From assembly GCA_038496445.1 (NCBI GenBank), contig JALMLS010000275.1:1-64000 (forward strand): a DNA stretch of 64,000 nt. The letters run 5' to 3'. Under the pieces are notes generated by a model that was given only the letters and a program-made list of their open reading frames with translations, searched no databases and was not told the DNA's origin. Positions within the stretch are counted from its first letter, which is position 1. Every line of letters starts with the position of its first letter. The stretch comes from Trichosphaerium sp. ATCC 40318 (lineage: Eukaryota > Protista > Tubulinea). The translations under genes were made by a program, and so were the position numbers. Below are positions 50,835 to 64,000 of the stretch, in pieces.

Positions 50835-51267
50835 GCAAAAGACTTCTATTGGTAAAGTAGTATCAGGAGAGAATTTCGTTAAGCAGTTCTACTACTGGTT
50901 TAACGATTGAGTCCACTCAGAGTAGGTATAACTGATGAAGAGCACATGGGCTATGAACGTGGAAATTGAGAATCAGATATGCCTCGAAAATGTTGATTTT
51001 ATCTCAGCAATAAAAACTCTGTCCTGTCAACTGTGAACGTGTCTTTCAACTTCTTTACTACGGACCCAGTCATGTTTTTATCACCTTAATAATATCAAGT
51101 ACGTACTAGCCCATCCACACGATGGAGGGAAATACTTATCGTTTTACCATTGATAGAAAGGTAGGTATGTTGTGCCTATCCTTGAGTTTGGAATAACTAC
51201 TGCTTCCGGAGGACGATAACTGAGCAGTGATTTATATATTTTCTGGCGGGTTCATAGGAAAAAAAAC

Positions 51268-53160
51268 TCCCGGTTCATAAGAATTTCAACTTTTTTCAAC
51301 GCAACCATACACACAGCAGTCAACTTTTAATTGTTTGTTTCTTTTTACAGGTATGGGAATCATGCTCAATATTGTATACAAACAGCAAAATCTCATATTG
51401 AAGCATTTGATAGGCCGGGACATGACGAAATTCACAGCGTCCACATTTTTCTGTTTTTTTTAGCAGTGTCCATGAATTGATCACGCACCACCTGAGATAA
51501 TACAAAATAACGTGATATGGTTGCTGTATAGGCAAGTGACATAGAGTGTTCAATACAAGACCCCATTGAGAATATCAATGTCATTAAAATGAGTGACATA
51601 CATTTCCCTACGAACTGAAATTTGAGAGTTTAGTAGTAATGCATACACTTGTAGTCATTGTAAGACTCTAAAATGTCTACAAGATTAGTGCTAGGGCAAT
51701 AAAATAGATGTGGCTTCAGTTATGGATCTTTGGAGTTGTCACATAATACACACGCAAAATTCAAGCAACCGGGCAGACACTTAAATATGTACCCTTTGTG
51801 TTGAATCCAACGTTGCGCCTATTGATTGGTCGTTTTTTGAAACTTTCGCTACTAAAATCGTTAGTATGATAAACAAAGTGTTGTAGAAGATCCTTTATGA
51901 ATTGTAACGCGTGATAAGTTGTGTACAAGCTTGTTAAACCAGAAAATGTTGTAATGTACACTAAACGACACGCCATGACACGCCATGACAAACTACGTAC
52001 TGTTTTTAAACCATGTGATTGATTCTTATGAATGGGGTAGTCTTTTTCTGTTTTTTTACTAGATGGGAGTTGACACTTTTATATTTGTGATTCTAATAAT
52101 TCAGTCTCGGGCATATGGTCAAATCCCAGTCTTGAAAATATGCGCGTACTTTTGTAAAGTCGATTATTCTGCGCTCTAGCTGTACTGGTTTTACTCAGCC
52201 AAATTTTGTGCGTGTGTTTGTGGTATCAAATAATTTTTTGCTACACACAGTACTGAGAAATCGCGAAAAAACATACACGCCAGTAACAGCTGGTGCTCTT
52301 GTGTGGCTTGAAAATTAACACGAACTTGTTCGGGCTGTATGGCATCGTAAAAAATGTGGACCTGCATGTGGGAGGAGAAAAGCTGTATTTACCTGTTCCA
52401 TCATTGTTTTTTTTTATTATGTGGTTGCATTGTATTACATCTTGTGGTAATTTATTTCACCAGTAGGGATTGTAAAAATCAACTACAGTAGTGAAAATTG
52501 CACTAATTTTCAATTTTAAAAAAGTTTTTCACTAAATTTGGTAATAAATTGCGAAAGTCGTGCACCAAAGTACTTTATTGAATTTCATATAGCTATAAAC
52601 GATGAAAATTAAATACATACAATACACTGGGCGCTTTTTACAAAAATGTAACGGTTTAACAGCAAATAAGAGGTGTACTTCTACTATTTGGATTTCTAGG
52701 CGCGTATAAAGCAACAATAACCACTTCTTGGGAGTGTTAGTTGTATAGAAAATCAGAAAAAGCTGTTTTTCTTATACAGGCGCCACAGCGCCTATAATAT
52801 TGTACCAACGCTTCTCACAATTATAAGATTGTGCTTTATGGTGTTTTTTTGCAGATCAAGGGTGTGCTGTGCATGAAAACAGAGTTTGTGAACAAACAAC
52901 ACTCATGCTCCCCATAGATACTTTAAACCACATAGTGCATGTAATGCGCCATTAAACAGGACGAGTGTACTTTTTTTTCTCTTGTGCCAAAACCAAAAAT
53001 AACCAAAATACTTGCGATGTATTTACACACGTAAAACACCATGTTAAAACACATTAACGGCCATTATTATTAAGTCACAACTTGCTTATCAAGAGCGACT
53101 TGTGCCATACACTATGAATGGGGAGTTCAAAAAGTTAAGTCTTATGAATGGGGATATTAA
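51268..53160 (-). mobile_element. Degenerate piggyBac-like element
   Basis: Imperfect TIR (CTCCCGGTTCATAAGAATTTCAACTTTTT versus reverse complement TCCCCATTCATAAGACTTAACTTTTT); TTAA at the right end; PYHVILYYLRWCVINSWTL matches the DDE_Tnp_1_7 C-terminal helix. Confidence 0.6.
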
Positions 53161-53250
53161 GTCGTAAGATCTCGGCAGATTTTAGTATAAACTTGGTACA
53201 GTATTGCGAAATAACAGCATAAATGGTTTATTTAGCGAAAAATTCTCTAG

Positions 53251-54713
53251 TTACAACTCACTAGCCATAGAGTCTAGTTTTCTACCCCTTTGCATAACAA
53301 ATTGGTACATAAAAAATACCGCAAACATCATCACCACGATAACGATAGTCTCAACTCCTATTTTAATACCGCTTGTATACTCCCTGGCTCTCCTTAATAA
53401 ATTCTTTGTTCCTTCCTATTGTACTGTGAGAATGAGAAAATGATATCTAAGAGAAAATGTGTGCCTTAAATTTCCTTATGGATGTTCTATCATCAGCGAG
53501 TCTTGTAACTACAACGTAATTTGGTTAGTAGTTACTTTTTTGGCTCTGATATCTTTTTTTACTTGCCTCCTCCTACTCCACATAGTTGAATTTTTTCCAA
53601 ACATCTGGCAATAGCTTCAACCGTTCTAAAAATACACAGTCATCTCTCAGAATGAAAATAAAAAAAAAAAGCAGCTCTCAACTTACAGCTTGTATTTGGT
53701 ACTATCCCTATCAAACACTTCTCGTTTTGTGTAGTTGGAAACATACACTACTTCGTCGAATTCTACAAAGGGATTAAATAAATTAAACAAGTGTTTACTT
53801 ACTGTCTTCTGCTTCGTCCCACTTTACTTTGTCAAGATTCGCATCTTGAATAGGAGCTTGCCCAGGGGCAGTGATTTCATCGTTTGCTTTGTCAATATGA
53901 GTGATGAGTACAATGTATGGGATTCCTAGCGAATTTAAATAAATACAAATACAACACTGGCATACCTCTTTTCTTCAAGTCCGTTGCATAAGACTGAAGT
54001 GAATCTAGTGACTTGCTATCTTTGTATTTTCCAACCAAGATCGCTAATTGGATTTTATCTTTTTCTTGCTTTCCTCTAGCTCTCATATAATTCTTAGCGT
54101 CCTGAGTTGGCAACGCTTCGATATCTGTGCACGTGGTCAGCTTTTTTTGGTTTGGATTTCAACGCACATTTTTCAATTTCTTCCCCGATCTTCTTCTCCT
54201 CAAGTGCATTGATAGACATTCCGCTTTTGATCGTTTCTTCCAGTAATGTCACGTGCTCCCCAATGTCTTGACCTGATGGAATGCCAGGAGTAGTCCTACG
54301 GAGGTGTAAGAAGCAACCTTTGAGGTTTAAGCACACCAAACTTTCAAGAAGATGTTGTTGGGTAACCGCAATCCAACCCGAATTGTAGTTCCAGTTATCG
54401 CCAGTGTACTCTCATTATCGAACTTTGCGGTTCGGTCTAAGCCTGAAGCAATAGCGACCCAACCATTAAAGAAACATGTCTTGCCAGTAGCCTCCTTACC
54501 GAAAATAGCGATGTTACAATCAGACGGCCAATAAGGGAAAAATTCGCTGATAGCTATACACAGCTGTTTAACAGATGGGTTTTTTGCTGTTAGAGCTTTA
54601 AGGGTTATGTTCGCCTTTTGAATCATGTTCGGCTCGTTCCTGAAAGAGTTTGTTAGGCGCATACAAAGTATGGATATTTCAGTTCCTTTAGGAACATTAG
54701 CGTACGCTGCCAT
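53251..54713 (-). pseudogene. IFI44-like GTPase plus TM gene, copy 3 (3' half only)
   Basis: Matches 39758-41230; P-loop NIAIFGKEATGKTCFFN. Confidence 0.8.
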
Positions 54714-55322
54714 ACTGTGTCGCGAGGTGTTGCGCTGACTGTTATAGTACTGTCGAGAGGTGTTCCTGTTGTTAACAAAGTGTTTTGTTTGTGAACTGAC
54801 CGTTTTTTAAAACGTGATGACTCATCACAGGAACAGGAACTCTTGAACAAAAACCAATCACGTATTTTCAAAAAACAATGGAGAAAGAAAAAGTAGCAGT
54901 ATTTGTTCGAGACATCCCTAGCCATGTGGAACACGCTGAAAGTTTTTTCAACCAGAAAGAATATCAAAAGTTCGAATATGTGTTTGTAAAGTTAACGAAC
55001 GCTGGTATCAATGACCCCAATAATTCTGTACGTTCCACGTAGGTCTAGAACAAAAACCCTTCAACTAATTCTAACTGCAGTTTGTATACCATGACGCTAT
55101 TCGCAGAGGATGCGATGCAAGCGACAAGCACATGATATTGTATGTCGACCACGATGGGAGTGGTCGCATTGGTACAGATAACAATGCGCGCGATGGGTCT
55201 CATAGTGCGTTTCTAAGAGCCCTTAAAAACGTAAACGTTGATTCTGGTACAATTGACTTGGTTTCAAACCTTTCTTACTTACACGTGTTCATTTAGTGTT
55301 TTTACTGATTGACCGCAAAGAT

Positions 55323-56022
55323 ATGAAGGATTACAACAGAACTAATGTTAAACAACAGTCTTTCGTAAAACAAATAATTCCAGAGCGTCGCATTCTATGG
55401 ACCAGTGGTACGTGACAAACTGCCCCAACATACACTAATAATAACTACTTGATAGACAACACAAACGAGGAAATTGTGGCCAAGATTACAAACGGACCCA
55501 CCGATAGATCTCATTTTAAATTACACTCAGATGGATTCAAAATCCGGTGGAACGTAGTCATTGGTATAGCATTATTTATCGCTATTGGGATTGTTGGTAC
55601 GAACTTGGCATTTGTAATAGCTTGTGACACTTTTAGTTGTGCTCCTGGGGCAGGGTGAGAAATGTGACAATATTACAATAAGTTTTCAAGACAGGCTAAA
55701 CAAGATGACAGGTAAATTAGATGAGTCTACGACGAGAAATAGCATTTTGGCAGCCGATTTATTAACACAAACAAAATTAAAAGAAAATGTTATACAAAAA
55801 GGAAGTGAAAATATGGGACTACTCCCCATGATGAGCAGTAAATTAAATACAATAAACGGTGTGGTAAAGGCGCAGGCTGCCGAATTCAAACAAAAACTGG
55901 AGGCTGCTATGAAAGTGCAAATTGAGAATCAGATAGAAATGGAGAATCAAATTGCTGAATTTACCCGAGACATAAAGAAGATGGAAAGAGAGTGGCAAGA
56001 ATTCGTCGAAGCTCAAGGCTAA
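55323..56022 (+). CDS. Type II single-pass membrane protein with Cys-containing coiled-coil ectodomain (one frameshift in a G-run)
   Basis: MKDYN.., intron, TM VVIGIALFIAIGIVGTNLAFVIA, CDTFSCAPG(fs)QGEKCDNIT, ~110-aa heptad region. Confidence 0.55.
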
Positions 56023-56261
56023 GTATGCCTTGAAAAAGTTGATTTTATCTTAGCAATAAAAACTCTGTCCTGTCAAATATGAACGTCTTTCACTTCTTTA
56101 CTAAGGCGCCAGTCAGATATTTTTATCCCTAGTACCCTGTCAAGTACTACGCCAATCCTCAAACGGTGGAGTGAGAATACATGGCACAATGTGACACCTT
56201 CCTAAGCCACGTGTCTAATGTGATCCAATTTTTACTTAACCATTTGACTCATAATACGCTC

Positions 56262-57323
56262 ATGTATCGTGTGCTTGTATTACTCGTGATTTTGTTATTA
56301 ACTGGCTCTGCTATTGCTGCCAACAAGAAACCAAAGCTTGGCGCTTGTATGTCTCCAAAACATACTTTATGCGCGGATTTTGATAATATGGATAATATGG
56401 CTTGGTTTTACGACTGGAGTGGGGCTATGAAATCATTTAATACCCAGAACTGTTCAAAGACTAGTTATGAAAGCGTCGAGTACGTACCGCAAATCTGGGG
56501 GAAAAATGTCGTTTGTACGCACGTGATCACTATTTCTTCCCTTTTTCACCTTTCTACAGTGTCTGATACAACTATACTTCAACAAGCGTCGTATTTGATA
56601 GGGTTTAACGAACCTAGTCATCAAAAACAATCCAATGCACGTATTTTTTTTTTGGTCAATTGTTTTATTGTTTGACTTCTACAAGGTTTCTCCTGAAGAA
56701 GCAGCACATCTATGGAAGCAACTTGAAGCTTATGCTGTTCAATATAATCTCAAGTTAGTTAGTCCATGTGTTGCAAACTTCAATGCTGCCGCGCCTGCAT
56801 TGTGGTTTGAGGAATGGTACGTTAGTAGAATGCCTTTCATTAAGCTAATAAATTAAGGTTTTCAAATTGTACTGAACTTTATGGCAACGCCGGGTGTCAT
56901 GTCGACTTTATGTGTACACATGCTTATTATAATCCTGGTGGCGCTAACACAATGATGACAATGATTGACAAGTTGTATAAAAAGTATGGCAAGCAAGTTT
57001 GGATAACTGAGTACGTAACTACCTTGTTGTTTTTACTCCTTCTACTACTTAACTGATAATTCGTTTAGATTTGCATGTCCACCTTGGAATGACTGTACCG
57101 CTGCTAACAATCTTAAGTTCATGAAAGAGATTCTACCAAAACTTGACGCCTCTAGTGCTGTTTTTAGGTATTCTTGGTTTTCGTCTAGGTGTGGGGAGCA
57201 AGGAGGTTGCGGTTTGTTGAACTATACTAGCTCACAGTTGACGGAACTTGGTATGTATAATTGTGCAAATATTGTTGTGATTAAATGACAATAGGAGAGT
57301 GGTACAACACTTATGCTGGTTAA
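56262..57323 (+). CDS. Secreted GH128 beta-1,3-glucanase
   Basis: Signal peptide; WFYDW; EYVPQIWG; IGFNEP; KLVSP; DFMCTHAY; VWITEFA; FRYSWF; LTELG. Confidence 0.9.
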
Positions 57324-58729
57324 CAATTAAAAGTTTTACTGTCCTCTGAATAAACGCACTTATTCAGCAACGCATGTATTGTTGCATAAATCTGCATGTA
57401 TCTCTGTTGTAATGTAATCTCGTGATTGATTACCAGAGCCTTGATAATCGTTACAGAAGATGATAAAACGAATGAAAAATGATTGAAATACTTTGAGAAA
57501 GTTACATTCTGATTAATAATTTGATTGATCACGGGATAATTCGTTATGTAGTCTCATATCATAGGTTGATGAACATAGACTTAGGTATTACATATCTATC
57601 AGTGATATCAATCAGCCTTGAGCGATTTAGAGTATTCATCAATTGATGTTCGTTTCAAAATTTTTTTAGTACAGCATTTCAATCAAGACACTCGGCTTGC
57701 TTTTAAATATCTTCATTCATTTCGAATATAAAGATTTCTTATTTAGAGCATAGCTATACTTAGGATATTGTAGTACAAGCTTTAAAAGTACGACGGATGG
57801 GATGTACGAAAACTGCTAGATACATAGCATTTCGCAAGGCAGTTTGTACAATTTAAATCGAACTTTTTTTAAGCTTATAAGAACAATACACACCACTTTT
57901 TTTCTATACACGGACTTTAGAACAGATTGTGAAGCGTTGTGTATCATACAAACTCGACCACTTTTTGCGTGAAGCTAAGGACTTCTTGCTATACCAACAC
58001 TTCTTCTCAGGTAGGTTTTTGTCAATAGAAAAAGGGTACTTCCTCCGTTGATAGGAAGTAGTGAATGATAACGCGAACATTTAAAAGAGGACAAATAAAG
58101 GAGTTTTTCACGACAAACTATTATTGTAATTAAACGCGCTAATTATGATATTGATAATAAGCTATAATGAATATCACGTGCGTAAAAAACAAACGTAAAA
58201 TAATGACGCGCTGTTTATACGATACTTTTGTTGATGTCATCTACTACGTAGGTATATGTATAGATATATCTATTGCCAAGGTTTCCTGTTCGTGAAAGTG
58301 ACTTGTGGGCAAACTCGACTGAAAAAGGAGTTTGTGCTATACTGCTCGGAGACAGAGTTAAAAAACAGCTCCGAAAGGATTTTATCTAATGGCACGTGCG
58401 GTTATATAGTTTAAAATAAAAAATATTAGTGCGGAAGTGTGTTCTGTACCGTCGCAGTAAAAGACCTTCAAAATATTAAAAAGTAGAAGCTATTGAAGTA
58501 TTTTATTTTATTATTTCCATTAAAGAAGAAAATAACAAATATTGGGATTCTTTTTTTGTTTTTTTAGCAAGTCCTGAAGAATACACAACTACTAGTTGAT
58601 TGTGATTCTATCTGTATCGCGTTATATAACTAGTTAGTTCTAGTGTTTTGTGATCTTTAAACCCTGGCTTTATTTTTGACACATAACAACAAACTTTCAA
58701 AGCAATCAACAACACTTCCTCGGTTTACA

Positions 58730-61250
58730 ATGTATCCACAACATCTGATAACTGTACGTACATGTTTTCGCTGTATTCGCTCTCACTCAGAAGAACTTAC
58801 GAACGTATACAGATACTAGCTTGCGTGTTGTTCCTCTCAACAACTAGCGCAACACCAGACTTCTCTTCTCTTGCTTCAGCTATGACAGGAAATGTCTTTC
58901 TCCCAGGAAGCCCGCAATACGCTTCAAGGCTGTAAGTTTCTTTTGAAAAGCAAAGTTACAATATTGTATCACGTGACACGCATGTTTTTTTAGGTATTCA
59001 ATCTTTACTGTACCAGCTGATTTTATTCCACCACTCGCAATCGTTCAACCCGCTTCACCTCAAGATGTAGCACTTGCTGTACAGTTTGCAAAAAACCATA
59101 GTGTTCAAGTTACTGGTAAAGGAGGTAAGTTTTTATTCGTGTATCTCCGATCGTTCCGAGAAATCTCCGCCTGATCACAACTTTTAATTTTATTTTCCTA
59201 CTTCGTAATATCACAAAAACTTATGTTTCCTTTGCAGGTGGTCATCATACTGATGGCTTCAATCTTCCACAGTATGGCTTTCAGCTCAATTTTGAATTGA
59301 TGAATGAAATAACTGTTGATCCAAGTGCCAAGCTCGCAACAGCGCAACCAGGTATGAACCTATCATGTGCTTACAATTTACTTACAAAATATCAAATAGG
59401 AGCTATAGTTAAAGACGTCATTACTACTCTTGCGCCACATAATCTTGGTCATGCTGTTGGTAATTGTCCAGTTATTGGAGTACCTGGATTCATCTCATAC
59501 GGTGGTTGGGGTCTGTGGTCAAGAAACAAAGGTACCAAAGTTCATTTCGTTATAGTTTTATTTACTGGTTCAAGGCTTGGCAATCGACAATGTCGTTGAG
59601 TACGAGGTCGTCACTTCCGATGGAGAAATTCGCATTGTTAACAGTACATCTCACCCTGACTTATTCTGGGCACTTCGAGGAGCAGCACCAAGCTATGTGA
59701 TGGTCACGAAGTTTACGTTCAAAGTATTTGATAATTCTGATTTCTATGGTGGGCATTGGACTTTTTCAGGATCACTTGAAGGCCTCAAAGATTGGTGGCA
59801 TCGTGTTGATGACTCTAATCTCTCAAACGATCCTAATTTTATTTCACGTATCACTATGGCAAGACTACCAGCTAGCTTCTTAACGCCAACAGTTCAAACC
59901 TGTCAGTTCGTTTGTACGTTCTATCTTTCAAGTTCTTTGCTTACCTTGAGTTAGTTGAGATTGCTCTCTTCGGGAATATGACACATGAAGAGAAAGACGC
60001 TCTATTACTTGACGAGTTAGCATTCAATGTGTCTAATCCAAATGACCCTGGCTTCATTGGTTCAGTGATCAAAGCGTCATGGAATGAAAACTACACATAC
60101 TACAACACCTTTAATACTCAGTCTTTCGAAAATGGACTTGTTCCTGGTACCAAACAATGGATGAGACATGGATTCTTTGACGAGCTTACTGACGATATCT
60201 TGGATACATTTTGGCAGGGATTTGATGACAGTAAGTCTCAACAACCACACGTGTGAACCTACAACCTTCTCTAACAGATTTACTATAGGTACAACTACAA
60301 ACGAAGAAATGTCTCGATTCCAATCAGGTGAACTATCCATCGCTGGAGGGCGCTTTTCAGAGATAGATCAATCAGAAACATCTTACTTTAATCGACGTAA
60401 CGCAAAGTGGATGTGGGGATTTTGGGTAGGGGCTTTACCTATCCCTGGATTTGCTTCTTTCGATAGCTTGAAAACTCATTATGATGAAATAGCTGATGAA
60501 TTATACTATGAAGTTGCTAAGCAACGCGGATTTTATGCCAACTTAAACTCTATCGTTCAAGGTACGCATCTTTTAGCTAATGTAACTTTTCTTGCTATCA
60601 CGTGTCTAAATATTGTACTAGGGTCTGAGTTTGATGCTTTTGGGACTAACTTGGTGAAACTCGAACACGTCAAGAGCGTATATGACCCAGATAACTTGTT
60701 TTCTCGTGGTTTTGATATTGCAACAAGACCAGGTGCTAATTGCATCAACTACGTAAACGGTGACTTTGTAACACCAACCCACGCTGAGATTCAACTCCAT
60801 GACTTTACGTTGTTAAACGATATGGTTCTGTTTCAGTACAACTTTAACGAGTCTTATAATCCAGGAAATATGTCACGTGATGCTCACTTTTCTATTGCTA
60901 TTTATGACGGTCACTACAATCTAAAGTACGAAAAGGTTTACGAAGCATGGGATTCACCTCAAGCTCAACAGTACGTAAACGGATGGAAGAAGGATCATAT
61001 CGATGGCGAGTGGTTTCACAGCATAATTTTACCTCACGAGAGCGGCGATACCATAACGTACATTCGAGGAGGAAACTACAGTGGAAACTTTCTTGGAGAG
61101 GCAGACACGTTGCCTATCACGGGAAATCAAGCGACAAATGTCAAGTTGATAGTGAGGTTGGAGTTTGGCAATGAAAACTGTATCCATGTTGAGTTCACTG
61201 AAGATATGGTGACGTATGAGTCCCATAAGAGGCTACTGGCTTCTTTTTAA
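58730..61250 (+). CDS. Secreted BBE-like FAD-linked oxidoreductase with a C-terminal extension
   Basis: PLAIVQP..DVALAVQFA; KGGGHH; GNCPVIGVPG..GGWG; DLFWALRGA; KSVYDPDNLF. Confidence 0.92.
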
Positions 61251-61375
61251 TTCCTATGTACTTTTTAGTATGAAGGTTTAACACATTGTTCATAATAAAA
61301 CCATTCATTGTTAAAGTCGCTTTTAGCTCCAACACAGTTTACATAGTAGTGTATTTCACAAAAACTGACCTGATA

Positions 61376-61850
61376 TTATTGCTTAGTAACAATTAGGTAA
61401 CATATACAAGTGTATACCAACGCCAAGATGGCATGGATACATGCCTCTGATATGTTTTTACAATAGTTCAAGTGGCTAGTGTCGACATTGTTACCATCAT
61501 CGGTTATGTTAAGGCAATCTGTGCCTTTATCTGTTACATTAGTAGATGCTAGGTAAGCCGTTGATTTCAAGCCTTCGTCTGTTGCTTCGGCATGAATGGT
61601 GTGTACACCCAAGCGCCTCGTTGCCGTTGTTTGTTATTTTCTTACACCTATATAAGTTGGTGTACGCCGGCCATCACCTCTGTTTTGTTTACGCCTGAAA
61701 GTAACTGCAAGTGATGCTTGCTAACATCACTAACATTGATATGTGCAACTTTATAGTTGTATTTTGAAGCAAAGGACTGCCGGAGAGAATCAACAATTGA
61801 TCTTCGTTTGAAACACTTCGAAAAGCGCTGTAAATACAAAGACGGTAATA
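61376..61850 (-). pseudogene. Degenerate LRR gene, paralogous to 61978-62992
   Basis: TDEGLK, VTDKG, ITDDG, LNYCKNIS fragments. Confidence 0.5.
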
Positions 61851-61977
61851 GATCCACAGCCGTGCAGGCTTTTGTGTTACTGTATTTAACTTTCCGAGTT
61901 ACCAACAACTAGCCTTTTGTATGAAGAATTATCTATTTATTACACGTGCTCAGTAGGCATTTTTAATGATGTTTGTT

Positions 61978-62992
61978 TTATGCGTCAAATTGTATTCCAG
62001 AGTCTCGAAGGTAGAACCTTCCTTCCCTAGTGATGTTCTCACAATACCTTAGATCCATTACTTTAAGACCAGCGTCAACCATAACTTTCAACATTTTATC
62101 AGTAACTCCAGTGCAAGCGACACTTATTATCTCTACTCCAGCAAGCGCCATCACACCTTCATCAGTTATTGAAGGCTGTGCATTATTCGTCAAATCTACG
62201 TTCTTTGCGCCTGCTAAGGCTTTCAATCCTTCATCGCTTATTCTAGGGCAATTTGGTATGCTTATCTTGTATACACCTTTTAAAGCCTTTAATGCTTCAT
62301 CAGTTATGTTCAAGAAGCCCAATAGAATAGTATGGATTCCTGCATGGGCTTTGACGCCTTCATCTGTAATTTGGTGGCATCTACGAATATCCAAGCTTTC
62401 ACAACCGGCAAGAGGTATTATGCCCTTGTCAGTGATTTGTTTACAGTAGTATAAGCATACGTTGCGAGCTCCTGCTAAAGCAGCAACTCCAGTGTCTGTT
62501 ACGTTTGGGCAGCCACTAAGATCGATGTTTTGTACGCCAGATAGTGCTTTTAAACCTGAATCGCCAACATACGTGCCAGTAAGATTAATGGCACTTATAC
62601 CAGCCAAAGCTGAGATACCAACGTCTGTGATCTGCCTACATCCTGATAAACTCATAGTGTGGGCGCCAGCAAGACTTTTAAGACCGTAGTCGCGTAGTTC
62701 TGTGCGGCATTGATTATCTGCTTCCAAAATGAGCCGCTTAGCTCCTGCGAGTAGCTTTATGTTCTCGTTGGTAGTACGGGGATCGACTCTATGGAATTGT
62801 TAATTTCCTTTATTGTTGAATAGTGTTTCAATCTAAAAGTACCAATCGCTCTACGTACCTTATAGTGATGATTTGTAGTAACTTTTTGCGCTTAAGTAAT
62901 TCGTGGATTGTTTTATTGTTTACAACCCCAGAAGGGCCACATGTGCATACAGTAGCGGAACAACCTTTGCAAGCGGGGGTGTTTTGAGCCAT
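61978..62992 (-). CDS. Cysteine-containing LRR protein (FBXL/AMN1-type repeats)
   Basis: About 11 repeats of LSGCxxITDxGxxAL; start MAQNTPACKGC; one intron. Confidence 0.9.
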
Positions 62993-63413
62993 TTTTGTGA
63001 GAGAGAAGCTGTTGTGTTGGTTTTGTTTTGGAAATTATGTAATTTTACGACAACAGTACAATAATTACTTTAACTGAATATGAATTGCGCAAGCGAGTTG
63101 CACATCAATCTAGGAGGCCTAAGAACTATAGACAATAGCGTACAGAAGGGTAAGCAATTTTTGGTGATTGATGAAACTATCACTCAAAACGCAGATTGAT
63201 CATAGATTGATATGATAGCACTGGATAATAAATGGCTTGTGATTACATGCGTTCGTGTTGTCGTAACATGTCGTGTATCCCGCTGATTGTTCCAATTCCT
63301 TTCGCGGAATAACGAGCGGGGTTCGCTTAAGGGTGTATGCAGACAGGCTTTTAAGTCATGATTTTTTTCAAAGATAAATGCGTAAAAGTGCGCCAAAAAA
63401 CTCATAATTGAAC

Positions 63414-64000
63414 ATGGACATTTCTATGGATGATGATTACCTTCTTAAACAAGCTGATTTTGATTTTGACCTTGACGGCATAGATGATATCGATTTACCA
63501 GTTGATGATGTTCGTTCGCTGAGCAGTGAAGATGATGATCTATTAAATGAGTGCGTAACCAAAAAATTACTTCAGCAATTAAATAACGTTGTAGTAGCGT
63601 CCCTTACTTTAAATCATCCCAACAGAGTACGTTAGATAGTTGTAAAATTCATAAAGGCGCTTTTCGTGAATTACGGTTCTAATCCAACCAAAGCGCGTCG
63701 ATCAACGCGGATACAAAACAAAATAGACCAAGGAGAGGCCAGACGCGAAATGCAGATTGAACTAGCCGAAGGAAAGCCGCCACAGGACGCTTTAAAAAAA
63801 AATCATCAGTACTCGCTTGATGCTATAGTTAAAGCAACAAAGAAAGACAAGGAGAGGCAGGAGTACTTTAACATCTCGCTTGATACTCAAGGAACAGACG
63901 AAATAACGATGGAGGAGAATGTGGGATTATTGCAGTCTGGTACAGCAGCCATACAGGCACGTTAAAGTTTGACACTTTAAATCTCAAAAAAAACTCCGAC
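63414..64000 (+). CDS. Unknown protein with an acidic N-terminus, running off the window
   Basis: MDISMDDDYLL.. open exons with a GT-AG intron. Confidence 0.5.

Noticed and set aside
57540-57700. Further LRR remnant
   Set aside because: Only one ITD-like fragment; too weak to call.

Overview
AT-rich, intron-dense eukaryotic DNA, probably from a protist; the host cannot be named. Introns are short GT-AG with some GC-AG, and the standard code is used. All exon models below were spliced by hand and domain calls come from motif recognition, not database searches. (1) 1-23 kb is a nest of DNA transposons dominated by a 16.3-kb element (1066-17365) with 13-bp TIRs CAGGGCTGAAACT and TTTTT on both flanks. 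Its minus strand carries three tightly packed genes: an AlkB-like 2OG-Fe(II) dioxygenase followed by a probable SRA-like domain, a C2H2-finger EnSpm/CMC-type DDE transposase, and an OTU-like protease plus BAH protein. Its plus strand carries a mosaic of captured host-gene fragments (CUB, pectinacetylesterase/Notum, filamin). This looks like a transposon with its own chromatin or DNA-methylation counter-silencing kit and is the top candidate for an undescribed system. Related MITEs and two other CAG...CTG elements with palindromic subterminal repeats lie nearby. (2) 23-39 kb holds housekeeping genes: peroxisomal acyl-CoA oxidase, NOG1, a probable ATP synthase subunit f, a filamin-coiled-coil-PX-PH protein and a PABP. 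(3) 39.6-56.2 kb is a shuffled accessory locus. It has three copies of an ankyrin plus IFI44-like GTPase plus TM gene with divergence concentrated at the P-loop, an RNase H LINE insertion with a 13-bp TSD and an internal inversion, an ankyrin gene ending in a LINE-ORF1-like domain, a piggyBac remnant and a type II membrane coiled-coil gene. (4) 56-64 kb holds a GH128 glucanase, a BBE-like FAD oxidase, LRR genes and a truncated unknown gene.
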